A DNA stretch of 64,000 nt, from positions 12,451 to 76,450 of the forward strand of contig CAZLVK010000001.1 in assembly GCA_964563025.1 (NCBI GenBank), written 5' to 3'. Below, piece by piece: positions 17,546-27,567 of this stretch. A model generated the notes under the pieces. That model made no database searches. It was not told the origin of the DNA and worked only from the letters and a program-made list of their open reading frames with translations. The position numbers were made by a program, and so were the translations under genes. How positions within the stretch are numbered: the first letter of the stretch is position 1; the number at the start of each line of letters is the position of its first letter. Source of the stretch: an uncultured Bacteroidaceae bacterium (lineage in GTDB: Bacteria > Bacillota > Clostridia > Christensenellales > CAG-917).

Positions 17546-18157
17546 TCAAGAAAAGTCCTCGTCGTTTTCGATAGCGACGAAATTTTTCGGCGTTTGAATA
17601 CGCTTGGAAATTTTGACAAGCCCGCCGTATAGTGCGATTATCGTGAAGAACGAACTGACCACGTGCACGAGATCGAACCATAATCCGCGAACGTAGTAAA
17701 GAAGCCAATAGGACGCAAGATTTTCGTCGGGAATAAGCCCGATGACGCAAAGAGTATCCGTGCAAGCGGACATGACGCCGAACAGCGCACTGCCGACAAC
17801 TCCTATAATCGTCGCAACGAGAACACGTTGCTTTTTTCTGAGGCACGCCCAAGAAACGATGGCAAGCAACGGCCAATAAATGAAATATAAAATTATCCAA
17901 CTCGGATACCCCGCCCCGCCGTAAAGCGCGACTTCGACGGCACAAAAAACGAGGGTTGCAGGTAAAGCGTAACGAAGTCCCCACGCCGAGGCAAACACGA
18001 TGATTAGCACCGTAACAACCTCGACGTTGGGGATGAAAGACAATGCGAATTTGAACGCCGTCAGCATACCCGCCATCAGCGCAACCCTTGCCACGAAAAC
18101 AGCACTCGACCGTACTTTTTCCGATTTGCTTTTTCGAGTATTATTCACATTATCCAT
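17546..18157 (-). CDS. ECF-type S-component-like membrane protein (putative corrinoid uptake)
   Basis: A roughly six-TM, 203-aa protein. It is second in a unit headed by a cobalamin riboswitch. The functional assignment rests on context only. Confidence 0.5.
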   Translation of the reverse strand: MDNVNNTRKSKSEKVRSSAVFVARVALMAGMLTAFKFALSFIPNVEVVTVLIIVFASAWGLRYALPATLVFCAVEVALYGGAGYPSWIILYFIYWPLLAIVSWACLRKKQRVLVATIIGVVGSALFGVMSACTDTLCVIGLIPDENLASYWLLYYVRGLWFDLVHVVSSFFTIIALYGGLVKISKRIQTPKNFVAIENDEDFS

Positions 18158-18190
18158 AGTTCAACCATCTATTTTGCAATGTTAAACCGC

Positions 18191-18751
18191 TTAATATGAC
18201 ATTTGCGCAAAATAGTAACTCGCACCGTCAACGATAGGGAGCGAGGACACGCCGACACTCGAATAGAAGAAAGTCACGCTCTTATGTTCAAGCGTTTGAT
18301 AACCGCCCGTAGGAGTGAAATTATAGTTTTCGTCGTAAGTTCCGTTCGGAGATTTGAGGTTGTCGTCGTCTATCGTGTGGAACACAGAAATATAGTGCGA
18401 CGCATCGTAATACAAGTCGTTCAACTGTGTGATAAACGCGCCGTAACTTCCGCCACTGGACGCAAACGCCGTCAACTTGTTTTCTTCGACGAGGTCGCTC
18501 AAAACGTAGAAAACTTTGTTCTCTTTCGTGGACACCGCAATAGGTTCTTCGTCGCCGACGTAAATCGTGATATTCTTCACTTGGTCATTGGCTTCGTAAC
18601 CCGTGAGTTTGTCTTGCAAATCGCTGATTTGTTGCTGAAGTTTATCGATTTGGGACTCTCCGTCGTTGCACGCGACGAACAGCACCGCACTGACGGACAG
18701 CACGACTGCAAGCAAAATTGCAACCAATATTTTTGAAACTTGTTTGGACAT
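18191..18751 (-). CDS. lipoprotein, DUF4430-like (putative corrinoid-binding)
   Basis: The start was set at ATG 18751 (MSKQVSKILVAILLAVVLSVSAVLFVAC|N lipobox). The upstream part of the tracked ORF is the riboswitch. The beta-rich C-terminal domain resembles DUF4430. Confidence 0.6.
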   Translation of the reverse strand: MSKQVSKILVAILLAVVLSVSAVLFVACNDGESQIDKLQQQISDLQDKLTGYEANDQVKNITIYVGDEEPIAVSTKENKVFYVLSDLVEENKLTAFASSGGSYGAFITQLNDLYYDASHYISVFHTIDDDNLKSPNGTYDENYNFTPTGGYQTLEHKSVTFFYSSVGVSSLPIVDGASYYFAQMSY

Positions 18752-18992
18752 ATAAAAAACCTCCCGTCCTTTAATCCGTTTCGGGAGGTAATACGAAAGC
18801 CTACCTCCGTCTCCCACCGAAACGGTTGTCTCGTCATTCAGGCCGGTCTCCCGACTCGGACGACAGGGGTATCTGTCGGAGTGCCTTCCTCTTTCGAGTG
18901 GCATAATCTCATCACTTCCTCACGGTAGCGGGGGCTGTGTCGGATTTTCACCGCTCTTCCCGATTATCTTGCCTTCGCAAGCACCTGAAATC
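18752..18992 (-). promoter_or_regulatory. cobalamin (B12) riboswitch with terminator/RBS-sequestering expression platform
   Basis: The minus strand contains GGGAAGAGCGGTGAAAATCCGACACAGCCCCCGCTACCGTGA, then GCCACTCG, then the B12 box AGTCGGGAGACCGGCC. Next come the alternative hairpins GGAGGTA/TACCTCC and CCTCCCG/CGGGAGG plus TTTTTT. The 3' arm of the terminator is the GGAGG RBS. Confidence 0.9.
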
Positions 18993-18998
18993 ATTGCT

Positions 18999-19027
18999 AT
19001 TTTAGCACAATCGCACCGCATATGCAA
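18999..19027 (-). promoter_or_regulatory. promoter of the cobalamin riboswitch unit
   Basis: The minus strand reads TTGCAT-17 nt-TAAAAT. Confidence 0.6.
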
Positions 19028-19094
19028 CCGATTGGTGATTATCCGCACTCTCCGCCCGCAAATTTGCCGTAATGATTTATTGAAAATAAAATCA

Positions 19095-19123
19095 TTGACA
19101 CCGCCAAGCGAAAATATTATAAT
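19095..19123 (+). promoter_or_regulatory. consensus sigma-70 promoter
   Basis: TTGACA-ccgccaagcgaaaatat-TATAAT (17-nt spacer), about 30 nt upstream of ATG 19156. Confidence 0.75.
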
Positions 19124-19155
19124 AGTATAGAATAAAGTAATAAGGAGCGTCTAAA

Positions 19156-19968
19156 ATGTATACGAGATGTCCGAGTTGCAGAGCCGAAATCAGTTTCGAG
19201 CCTCCCGCGAATGCGTCGAGTCTCCCCGACGGCTACAAACACAAAATCAAATGTCCGAGTTGCGGAGTTACCATTGGCGTAAAAATTCCCAAAGTCACCT
19301 CGGATATTCAACCTACCTTCATTCCTCAAAATCCCAATGCGGTTCCTTCCGAACCCGTTGCCATCGTTCCCGCGCAAGAGTCCGCGACGCAACAAGCCGA
19401 AACGGCGGTGCCCACCGAGAAGAGAAAAGTCTACGGCAGAGCGCGCAACAGCGTACTCATCGTCCTTTCCGCTCTCGTCGCGATTATTTGTGCCCTCGGC
19501 TATCTCGTCAATCCCGAGACCAACGGCGCCCTCGAATTTACGGGCTCAAAAGGACTTGCCATTTTCGACGGCATCACTCCCCTCATCAATCTCGTGAACG
19601 GAGACCTTGCGGGTAGCACTCTTGAAATCATCGTGCAACTTCTTCCCACGTTCACCTTCGTGCTCGCGATTTTGAATCTCATCGTCGCAATCACGACCAT
19701 ATCCGTCGGCGTGTACAGCAAACTCTTCAATCTCATATCGGGACTTCTCATCGCGGCGGCGTCCGTATCGACGATTTTCACCGAATGCTTCTTGTCCATG
19801 CTCACCGAAGAAATGGAGACTTTGGATATCGTCGATTTCTTGATTAACGATATAATCGGAGACGAAAAATATCTTGTGTTCGTGGGCGCACTCTTCGGAC
19901 TTTCGATTTTCGCCTGCTCGATAGCGTTCCTCTTCGTCCGCAACGGAAAAAAACCTAAAGCAGAATAA
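19156..19968 (+). CDS. zinc-ribbon (MJ0042-like) membrane protein
   Basis: N-terminal CPSC...CPSC double CxxC, then a Pro/Gln-rich linker, then about four TM helices. Confidence 0.7.
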   Translation: MYTRCPSCRAEISFEPPANASSLPDGYKHKIKCPSCGVTIGVKIPKVTSDIQPTFIPQNPNAVPSEPVAIVPAQESATQQAETAVPTEKRKVYGRARNSVLIVLSALVAIICALGYLVNPETNGALEFTGSKGLAIFDGITPLINLVNGDLAGSTLEIIVQLLPTFTFVLAILNLIVAITTISVGVYSKLFNLISGLLIAAASVSTIFTECFLSMLTEEMETLDIVDFLINDIIGDEKYLVFVGALFGLSIFACSIAFLFVRNGKKPKAE

Positions 19969-19983
19969 TCATCGTGAAACGCA

Positions 19984-20015
19984 AAAGCCTTGCATCTGCA
20001 AGGCTTTTTCTTTTG
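19984..20015 (+). terminator. rho-independent terminator
   Basis: AGCCTTGCA-tc-TGCAAGGCTTTTT. Confidence 0.8.
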
Positions 20016-20059
20016 TCAAAAACAGACGAATACAAAATCCTTTCCCGTTGAGACTATGA

Positions 20060-20088
20060 AAAACGAACCGCAAATACGGTTCGTTTTG
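20060..20088 (-). terminator. terminator of the SDR gene
   Basis: The minus strand reads AACGAACCG-tatttg-CGGTTCGTTTTT. Confidence 0.8.
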
Positions 20089-20115
20089 TTGTAGTTCGAT
20101 TTGATTTTTACTCTA

Positions 20116-20895
20116 TTACTTGGCAAGGTATCTTGCGAGTTTCTTCTTTTCTAGTGCGAGGTATGCCCATTTGACGGGAGGGCAGATTGCCATAAGCACC
20201 TCGGACATAACGAAGAGCTTGGAAGGATTGACGTACTTCTTTCCTTTCTCGATGCCTTTGACCATACATTTCGCGACGTGTGCGGGCTTTTGTACGGGGA
20301 ACGGGCGCTCGGTAATCGTTCTACCGCTACCCTCTGCCGCCTTCTTGAAGAATCCGGTGTCCGTTGCGATGGGATAAAGACAAGTGAGTTGAACGTTCTT
20401 CGCTTTTTCGTAGCGGATTCCTTCTTGGAAACCTTGCATTGCGAATTTGCTTGCGCTGTAAAGTGCGTATCCGGGCATTGCCATCTTGCCGATTGCGGAG
20501 ACGGTGATTGCGAACACACCTTGCTTGTCGCCGATATACTCCACGTATTTCTCGTAGGAATAGATAGGAGAGAACACGTTGACCGCAAAGATTTTTTCGG
20601 TGCGTTCCCAGTTCACGTAATCCACTTTCTCGTAATACGGGAAGCCCGCGTTTGCGTAGAAAATGTCGATTGCGCCGAGTTTTTCGATGGCGGTCGAGAA
20701 GATGAGGTCGACGTTTTCCTTGGTCGAGACGTCGCATTGCATAACGATGACTTTGGATTTGTCGAAGGATTCGAGGTTGTTGACGTTGAGGTCTACCGCG
20801 AGAATTTTGTTATCCCCTTTGACGAGGAGTTTCAACGTTTCGAGACCGATACCGCTGTTTGCGCCGGTAAGCACGATTTTTTTTCCGCTTATCAT
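20116..20895 (-). CDS. SDR family oxidoreductase
   Basis: TGANSGIG cofactor motif and YSASK catalytic motif. Confidence 0.9.
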   Translation of the reverse strand: MISGKKIVLTGANSGIGLETLKLLVKGDNKILAVDLNVNNLESFDKSKVIVMQCDVSTKENVDLIFSTAIEKLGAIDIFYANAGFPYYEKVDYVNWERTEKIFAVNVFSPIYSYEKYVEYIGDKQGVFAITVSAIGKMAMPGYALYSASKFAMQGFQEGIRYEKAKNVQLTCLYPIATDTGFFKKAAEGSGRTITERPFPVQKPAHVAKCMVKGIEKGKKYVNPSKLFVMSEVLMAICPPVKWAYLALEKKKLARYLAK

Positions 20896-20954
20896 AATAA
20901 TCTCCGTAAAGTTTTATTTGTTTAAGTATAAACTATATGCTCAAAAAAAACAAG

Positions 20955-21503
20955 TCATTTATTTTTTTCAAGCATATAAGTTGCCTTTTCGCGGAGTTCC
21001 GCCACCGTTCCGTCGTTGTCGATGACGGCGGTTGCGACCTTTTCGAGGGCACTGTCGGGGGCTTGCACCGCAATGATTTTTTTCGCGCGGTCTCTGTCTA
21101 CTCCCCTCTTTTCGAGGCGGTTAAGACGAGTCTCTAAGGAGCACTTGACGAGTATGATTTCGTCGAACAAATCTATGACTCCGCTCTCAAACGCAAGTGG
21201 TAGTTCCACGACGGCATCCCCTACCGCTCTAATTCTCTTTGCGATTTCGGGGTGTGCGAGAGCGTTCAATTTTAATCTTTCGTTTTCGTCCGAGAAAACT
21301 ATCGCCGACAAGACGGATTTGTCCACGACTCCGTTTTTGACCGCAGTCGGGAAGAGTTCTCTTAGTCTCTCGACGTAATCGCGGTCGCGGAGCAATTCCG
21401 CATTCACTTCGTCGGCGGAGAGCGTAGCATACCCTAACGTTTTCGCTACCGCGAGCACTTCGCTTTTCCCCGAGCCTATTCCGCCTACTATTGCGATTTT
21501 CAT
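20955..21503 (-). CDS. coaE: dephospho-CoA kinase
   Basis: MKIAIVGGIGSGKS P-loop. The start at 21503 forms an ATGA overlap with the polA stop. Confidence 0.9.
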   Translation of the reverse strand: MKIAIVGGIGSGKSEVLAVAKTLGYATLSADEVNAELLRDRDYVERLRELFPTAVKNGVVDKSVLSAIVFSDENERLKLNALAHPEIAKRIRAVGDAVVELPLAFESGVIDLFDEIILVKCSLETRLNRLEKRGVDRDRAKKIIAVQAPDSALEKVATAVIDNDGTVAELREKATYMLEKNK

Positions 21504-24007
21504 TTGAGGTCGCTCCATTTCTTTCCCACTACGGCTTCCGCGATGAGGGGGACTTTCAATGAAACGGCGTTTTCCATTTCCTCTTGCAAAATCTTTTTGA
21601 CCTCGTCAATTTCGTCCGTCGCCGTATCCACGATGAGCTCGTCGTGGACTTGGAGAATCATTTTTGATTTCATACCCTCCAAGCGTTTTTCGACGCCGAG
21701 CATAGCGAGTTTGATTATATCCGCTGCGGAGCCTTGCAACGGCGTATTTTTCGACATACGCTCGGCAGACGAGCGCACGAGGTAGTTAGACGCGTTTATA
21801 TCCGACAAGTTTCTTCTGCGACCGAGCAAAGTGACGGCGTAGCCGTGTTCTTTTGCAAAGGCGACGTTTCCGTCGAGATATTCTTTGACGGTCGGATAGG
21901 TCTCGAAATACCTTTCTATGAACTCTCTTGCCTTATACTTCGGAATTGCGAGGTTTTCCGCAAGTCCGAAGTCGCTCATACCGTAGATGATGCCGAAGTT
22001 GACCGCTTTAGCGTCCCGTCTTTGAGAGGGGGTGATTTCTTCTTGGGGTATCCCGAGGATTTGAGAAGCGGTCATAGCGTGAATATCGTCCGCGCGATTG
22101 TAAGCCTCGATGAGTTTTTCGTCCCCACTGAAATGCGCAAGGAGCCTAAGTTCGATTTGGCTGTAATCCGCCGACACCAACACGTTATCTCCGCTTGCGA
22201 CGAACGCACTTTTTACGTCCTTAGCCTCTTCGCTTCTGACGGGGATATTTTGGAGATTGGGATTGGTGCTCGACAGCCTGCCCGTCGTCGTAATGCACTG
22301 ATTGAACTCCGTATGAATTTTTCCTCTGTTCACGAGAGGTTGAAGCCCGACGACGTAAGTGGACAGAAGTTTGGTGTATCTTCTCCATTCGAGAATAAGG
22401 GGAATGACGGGGTGTTCGGAGACAAGTCCCGAAAGCACGTCTTCGCTGACGCTATACCCGGTCTTTGTTTTCTTGCCGTGTTTGAGTCCGAGTTTTTCAA
22501 AAAGCACTTCGCCGAGTTGTTTGGGTGACGCCACGTTGAACTCGAAACCGACGGCGGAATAAATCCGTTTGGTGAGGTCGTCTACTATGTCCGTATACTT
22601 GACTTTGAGGGCGTCGAGTCTATCCGCCTCGACGGAGAAACCTCTCTCTTCCATTTTGCCGAGAACGACAGAAAGCGGTTGTTCAACGTCGTAAAAGAGC
22701 CGTTCAAGTCCTTTTTCTGCGATTTGCGCTTTGAGCACGCCCGCATAGTAAAGCATATTCGCGGCGCAAATTTCCAAGCCCTCGGCGCCGAGAACGGCGT
22801 CTATAGATTTTATAGGCGCGCTTTCTCGAACGAGGTGCGTCGCTATCATAATATCGAAAAAGTCCTTACCCTCGATACCGTAATTTTTGCGTAGCGACTT
22901 CGAGTCGTAACAGACGAGAGTCTTGTCCTTGACGAGGTTTTTGATTTCTTCGAGTGCGCCGTCCACGGTCATTTCCGCGAACAAATCGTCACCGCAAGAC
23001 ACGACGTATTCGGTCCCGCCGTCCGTAGAAAACGAGATTTCGTTCCCGATGAGGAGAGCGACTTTCTCCCCCGTCATCTTTTCTTTTATGCCGTCAAGAG
23101 AGGTTATTTCCTCTTTCACGATTTCGCGTTTTACGCTTTGCACAGCGTCCTCTCCCTCTTCAAATTGCATAGTCTGCACAATAGAATTGAGTTCGAGTTC
23201 TTGAAGCATCGTCTTGACTTCGGCGGGGAACACGGGGTTGAACGCCATATCGTCGAGAGTACAATCCACGGGGACTTCTCTGTCGATTGTAGCAAGGGTG
23301 CGGGAAAGGAGTGCTATCTCCTTGCCGTTCTTGACCGCTTCGCCGAGTTTGCCGGGGATTTCGCCCGCGCGCGCAAGCACCTCGTCGAGACTGCCGTACT
23401 TGTCGAGAAGGTCTTTTGCGGTCTTTTCGCCGACACCTTTGATTCCGGGAATATTATCCGACGGATCTCCGCGAAGCGCCTTGTAGTCTATGAATTTTTC
23501 TACGGTGAAACCGTCCGATAACAAACTTTCGGGAGTGACTTCGACTATGTCCGTAACTCCCTTTCTCGTCCAGAAAATGCGGGTGGATTCGTTCACGAGT
23601 TGAAAACTGTCCCTATCCCCCGTGACGATGATAGTGTCTTCGTCAAAGCGTAGCGACAGCGTGCCGAGAATATCGTCCGCCTCGTAACCCTCGAGGCTCA
23701 CCACTTTGAGTCGCATTGCGGTGAGGAGTTCTTTGAGGGGTTCGACCTGCATCGCAAGTTCGGCGTCCATAGGTTTTCTCGTCGCCTTATAGCCGTCGAA
23801 CATTTTGTGTCTGAACGTGGGTGCTTTCAAGTCGAAAGCGACCGCGATATGAGTGGGTTTTTGCTCTTTGACGAGTTTAGCGGTCAAGCGCAAGAAACCG
23901 AAAATCGCGCCCGTATACATTCCCTTCGAGGTTTTGAGACCGGGAAGGGCGTGGTAGGCGCGATGAAGCAAACTGTTGCCGTCTATTAGTATGATTTTAT
24001 CGGACAT
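21500..24007 (-). CDS. polA: DNA polymerase I
   Basis: N-terminal 5'-nuclease domain plus family-A polymerase motifs DYSQIELR and QVHDELIV. 835 aa. Confidence 0.95.
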   Translation of the reverse strand: MSDKIILIDGNSLLHRAYHALPGLKTSKGMYTGAIFGFLRLTAKLVKEQKPTHIAVAFDLKAPTFRHKMFDGYKATRKPMDAELAMQVEPLKELLTAMRLKVVSLEGYEADDILGTLSLRFDEDTIIVTGDRDSFQLVNESTRIFWTRKGVTDIVEVTPESLLSDGFTVEKFIDYKALRGDPSDNIPGIKGVGEKTAKDLLDKYGSLDEVLARAGEIPGKLGEAVKNGKEIALLSRTLATIDREVPVDCTLDDMAFNPVFPAEVKTMLQELELNSIVQTMQFEEGEDAVQSVKREIVKEEITSLDGIKEKMTGEKVALLIGNEISFSTDGGTEYVVSCGDDLFAEMTVDGALEEIKNLVKDKTLVCYDSKSLRKNYGIEGKDFFDIMIATHLVRESAPIKSIDAVLGAEGLEICAANMLYYAGVLKAQIAEKGLERLFYDVEQPLSVVLGKMEERGFSVEADRLDALKVKYTDIVDDLTKRIYSAVGFEFNVASPKQLGEVLFEKLGLKHGKKTKTGYSVSEDVLSGLVSEHPVIPLILEWRRYTKLLSTYVVGLQPLVNRGKIHTEFNQCITTTGRLSSTNPNLQNIPVRSEEAKDVKSAFVASGDNVLVSADYSQIELRLLAHFSGDEKLIEAYNRADDIHAMTASQILGIPQEEITPSQRRDAKAVNFGIIYGMSDFGLAENLAIPKYKAREFIERYFETYPTVKEYLDGNVAFAKEHGYAVTLLGRRRNLSDINASNYLVRSSAERMSKNTPLQGSAADIIKLAMLGVEKRLEGMKSKMILQVHDELIVDTATDEIDEVKKILQEEMENAVSLKVPLIAEAVVGKKWSDLK

Positions 24008-24819
24008 TATTCGTTATAGGGCAAAATCAAGCCGGCGTCGAGAACGCGCATAGCGTCGTCGTAGCCTTGTTTGCGCATTTTGCCGAATTTCTCCTCGTTG
24101 AACGCCATAGCGAGACCGAGGTCGCTTTGAGGCATAATATAAGTTATATCCAAACCTTCTCTTTCGATACCGCGTTTAGGGGGTTTGGATTCCACGTTGG
24201 TGCGAATGACCACAAACTTCTTGTAGCCTTGACGCGCGAGAAGATTTATGGGCATATTGTCGTAGACACCGCCGTCTATGTACTTGACGCCGTCGATGAC
24301 CTTTGGCGGGAAAATGGGGAAGGACGCGGACGCGATGACAAAGTCCACAAGTCTGCCTGCAGGGATTTCCTCTTTCATCAACTCGACTGGTTTCATATTG
24401 GTGATGTCGTAAGTGACGAGACCGAAATCGAGGCGAGATGCTCTGACCTTATTTTCGTCGAGACGGTCATATAGCCACTTTTCGCTTTTGACGTAAGAGT
24501 CCTTTATGACTTCTCTGAGGTTTGTGAGTTTTTTCCCGGCGTAGGACATCATGTCGAGGTCGAAGTCCTTATTTTTGTATCTGGAAATCCAATCGGGATC
24601 TATATCAAATACGGTGCTGAAAGTGACCTCGTCCCAAAGGGAGGCCATTCTTTCCACGCCCTCGGACACGAGAACCGCGCCGTTGACCGCACCGATAGAA
24701 GTGCCCGCGACGCCGTCGAAAACGACGCCCGCCTCATAGAGTGCCTCGATTGCGCCCATTTGATAGACGCCCTTCGCTCCACCGCCTTCAAGAATCAGAC
24801 CGAGTTTTTCTCCTTTCAT
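24007..24819 (-). CDS. patatin-like phospholipase
   Basis: GGGAKG oxyanion motif, GTSIG nucleophile motif and IDGGVYDN. Its stop overlaps the polA start (TAATG). Confidence 0.9.
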   Translation of the reverse strand: MKGEKLGLILEGGGAKGVYQMGAIEALYEAGVVFDGVAGTSIGAVNGAVLVSEGVERMASLWDEVTFSTVFDIDPDWISRYKNKDFDLDMMSYAGKKLTNLREVIKDSYVKSEKWLYDRLDENKVRASRLDFGLVTYDITNMKPVELMKEEIPAGRLVDFVIASASFPIFPPKVIDGVKYIDGGVYDNMPINLLARQGYKKFVVIRTNVESKPPKRGIEREGLDITYIMPQSDLGLAMAFNEEKFGKMRKQGYDDAMRVLDAGLILPYNE

Positions 24820-24883
24820 ATTTTGCTCCTATATGCTCGCACGCAACGTTTACGTGCTTATTTTGTACCGTTAAACTCCCTTT

Positions 24884-27472
24884 TTAGTTGCCGTGCAACC
24901 TATTTATCGTTTTGTTGTTCAGCGTGTAGGTGCTTTGCGGAGTGATGTCTCCGTAGGTTTGACCGTAACTGAACAGCATTGCGTCGAGTGCGACGGGAAG
25001 GGAGCCCATCACTTCGCTTGCTCTCACCATTTGTATTCTTTCGTCCGCAAGGGTGTATGTGAGTTTAGACTCCTCACCGAGCGCAGAAGAGATAAATCCG
25101 AGGTGGAAATAATCCGTTCTGTTGTAACTCACCGACCAAGTGTCCATGAAGTCCTTATTGGAGAGCAGTCTTTCTCTTACGATGGTGTTGAGCATCGAGA
25201 AGAGGGCATTGTCGTAGTCGCTGAGCAAGTTCAATACGTCGATGGGTTGCCAATTGTATATATCGAGGAAGCCCTCTTGCGTGAGCGTGCTGTTCTTTCC
25301 CTCCGCGATATTTTTCTCTGCCATTTCGGGAGTGCAGTACTCGTTTTCGCTGTTGCTGTAACCGCCGTAATAGATATTCAATCCCGTTCCTACGAGGTTG
25401 GACATAATGCAGTTGCGGAGGGTGAGGTGCGTGTAGCACACGCCGGTTTCGTCCGCGTTGGTGCTTGCGTAAATGCCCGTAGTGATGCAGTTTCTTATCA
25501 CGGAGCCGTTGACGGTGACGTCGGCGTTATCGATGATTATTGCGGTTCCGCAGTTTTCGATGACACAGTACTCAATCGTAATATTTTCGTGGTGGTTGGC
25601 GTTCCCTTTTCCGATTTGATAGATATTGATAGCTCTACCCGTCATACCCTTGGTCTCGTCGGCGGAAGAGATTTCGTCTTGCGCCGAGTTACAACGGACG
25701 GTTAGGTTTGAAATCGTGACGTTGCTCGTCGGGATGAGGATTAGTTCGTCGTTTGCGCCTACTTGTTGGAACTCCGCGGAATACATATATCCGTTGCCGT
25801 AAACGTTCTTGTAAGCGAATATGCCGATGTCGCGCCAGTTGTCGTACGTCCCTTCGGGGTTGTCCATGAACTTAACGTTCGACTCGAAAGAGATGGCGCG
25901 TTGCTCGTTCGACGCTCTTTTGAGGTCCTTCCAAGAATTTGCCGCAACGCCCGATACGACCTTTACGTCAAACGAACAAGTCGTATAATCCGCGATGCTG
26001 TATTTCGGATATTTCGCGCTAACGACGACGGTAAGAGTTTGCTTGGTCTCGTCGGTGATTTTGTCCTTATCGAAGTAGAGGACGTTGCCGACGAAGTACG
26101 CCTTGTCCGACTTTTCGCCGTTTTCGTAGACCTCGAAGTTAAAGGCGGAGTAGAATTCTTCAGCCTCGTCGAGATTTTCGGGCGCGGTGGGACGGAGGAA
26201 GTTTATCGCGAACGAGTTGTTCGTCGTCGTCAAGTCGTTCAAATCCGTAGGATTGACGTATTTTGCGGATGCAAAGACGGTTTCTCTGCCGATACCGACT
26301 TCAAAACTCTGCGTACTTCTATCGATAGCAAGCACCGAAACTTTTTCTTCGACGTGCAACGTTACGGTTGCGACGCCGTCGGAGGAGGTTGCGGTGATTG
26401 TGACGTAGCCCTTGCCCACGGTAGTCACTACCCCGTTTTCGTCGACGGTAGCGACGTTTTCGTCGTCCGACGACCAACTGACTGCGGGTACGCCGTCCGC
26501 GAATACGCTACTGTACTTCGCGGTGAGATAGAGGTTTGCGCCCGTAGTGAGAGTTAGCCCGCTTTCTGCGCCGAAGAGTTTCGCGTGTTCGATTTCAATA
26601 TCGTTATTCGAGCAAGCGTAGACGTTGACTTTTTCGCCGTTCACCTCGAAACTTGCGTTGACGCCGACGGGCAACACAAGTTTGCCGTCTTGTATCGTGC
26701 AATTATCGAGTGCGCTAATATCGCTTTCGTCCACACCCAAGTCGTCGAGGGAGATTTCGTTCGTATGGGAATAGAATTCCTTCCCGAACCTCGTCACGCC
26801 GTCCGAAACGGTGATTTCGACGCTTGCGGACACTTGACCGTCCTCCGTGGTTGCGTAGTGGTGAACGGTGGTCGTACCTGCGCCGACAGCGGTAATAATA
26901 CCGTTCCCGTCGACTCTGACGATATTTTCGTCGTCGGATGACCAAACGACGTTGTCCGCAACGCTTTCGATAGGCGTATAGACTGCCTCAGCATACGTTA
27001 CGTCACCTACGACGAGATTGGTATTCGCCTTTATGGTAATCTTCTTGACCGCTTTATCCACGACGTAGACGAAGCATCTGTCCGAGATACCGTCCGCCGA
27101 AACTTTCACCCAGAAACGACAATAGGTATTGATTCTGATTTTGCCCGCGGACGTATCCGTAACGACCGCCGCCACTTCGCTGACGAAACCGCTCGCGTAG
27201 TTTTCGGAATAATCTTCGTCGAGGCAAACGAGGTCTTCTATTTCCCACTCTATATCGTAGTTCTTCGCCTTTTCCGGGAGAATCGTGACGGTGAGATAGT
27301 CGTTCAAATCGACCTCGTCGGTCGTCAAGCCGATTTCGATAGACTTAGAGGAGAGTGTAACTTCCTCGACGCCTATATATGCGGTCACCGAGATAAAGAC
27401 GGTGACGGCGGCAACGACCGCAACGATTACTATAGGAATGATTATCAATATTCCTACCATTAATTTTTTCAT
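24884..27472 (-). CDS. TM-anchored surface protein, Big_2 repeats plus parallel beta-helix module (paralogue 1, 862 aa)
   Basis: N-terminal anchor MKKLMVGILIIIPIVIV. Two Big_2-like units (VVWSSDDENIVRVDGNGIITAVGAG and VSWSSDDENVATVDENGVVTTVGKG). Beta-helix repeats (NCITTGIYAS, RNCIMSNLVGTGL). Shared motifs GFLDIYNWQ and a C-terminal STYTLNNKTINRLHG. Confidence 0.75.
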   Translation of the reverse strand: MKKLMVGILIIIPIVIVAVVAAVTVFISVTAYIGVEEVTLSSKSIEIGLTTDEVDLNDYLTVTILPEKAKNYDIEWEIEDLVCLDEDYSENYASGFVSEVAAVVTDTSAGKIRINTYCRFWVKVSADGISDRCFVYVVDKAVKKITIKANTNLVVGDVTYAEAVYTPIESVADNVVWSSDDENIVRVDGNGIITAVGAGTTTVHHYATTEDGQVSASVEITVSDGVTRFGKEFYSHTNEISLDDLGVDESDISALDNCTIQDGKLVLPVGVNASFEVNGEKVNVYACSNNDIEIEHAKLFGAESGLTLTTGANLYLTAKYSSVFADGVPAVSWSSDDENVATVDENGVVTTVGKGYVTITATSSDGVATVTLHVEEKVSVLAIDRSTQSFEVGIGRETVFASAKYVNPTDLNDLTTTNNSFAINFLRPTAPENLDEAEEFYSAFNFEVYENGEKSDKAYFVGNVLYFDKDKITDETKQTLTVVVSAKYPKYSIADYTTCSFDVKVVSGVAANSWKDLKRASNEQRAISFESNVKFMDNPEGTYDNWRDIGIFAYKNVYGNGYMYSAEFQQVGANDELILIPTSNVTISNLTVRCNSAQDEISSADETKGMTGRAINIYQIGKGNANHHENITIEYCVIENCGTAIIIDNADVTVNGSVIRNCITTGIYASTNADETGVCYTHLTLRNCIMSNLVGTGLNIYYGGYSNSENEYCTPEMAEKNIAEGKNSTLTQEGFLDIYNWQPIDVLNLLSDYDNALFSMLNTIVRERLLSNKDFMDTWSVSYNRTDYFHLGFISSALGEESKLTYTLADERIQMVRASEVMGSLPVALDAMLFSYGQTYGDITPQSTYTLNNKTINRLHGN

Positions 27473-27567
27473 AGTTTATCCTTCCTGCGCGTATATACGC
27501 GCGCGCTATTCATTAGATTATATTCCGCAAAACCGTTTGCGGAAACTCGTCGGCAATTTTGCCGTCG

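Noticed and set aside
18752-18904. N-terminal extensions of tracked ORFs (18191..18904, 51380..51967, 33613..34569, 10634..11755, 45242..45955, 54496..55119 and others)
   Set aside because: The extensions run through riboswitches, promoters or the upstream gene's 3' end and lack RBSs. Internal starts with GGAGG-type RBSs and conserved N-termini were preferred.
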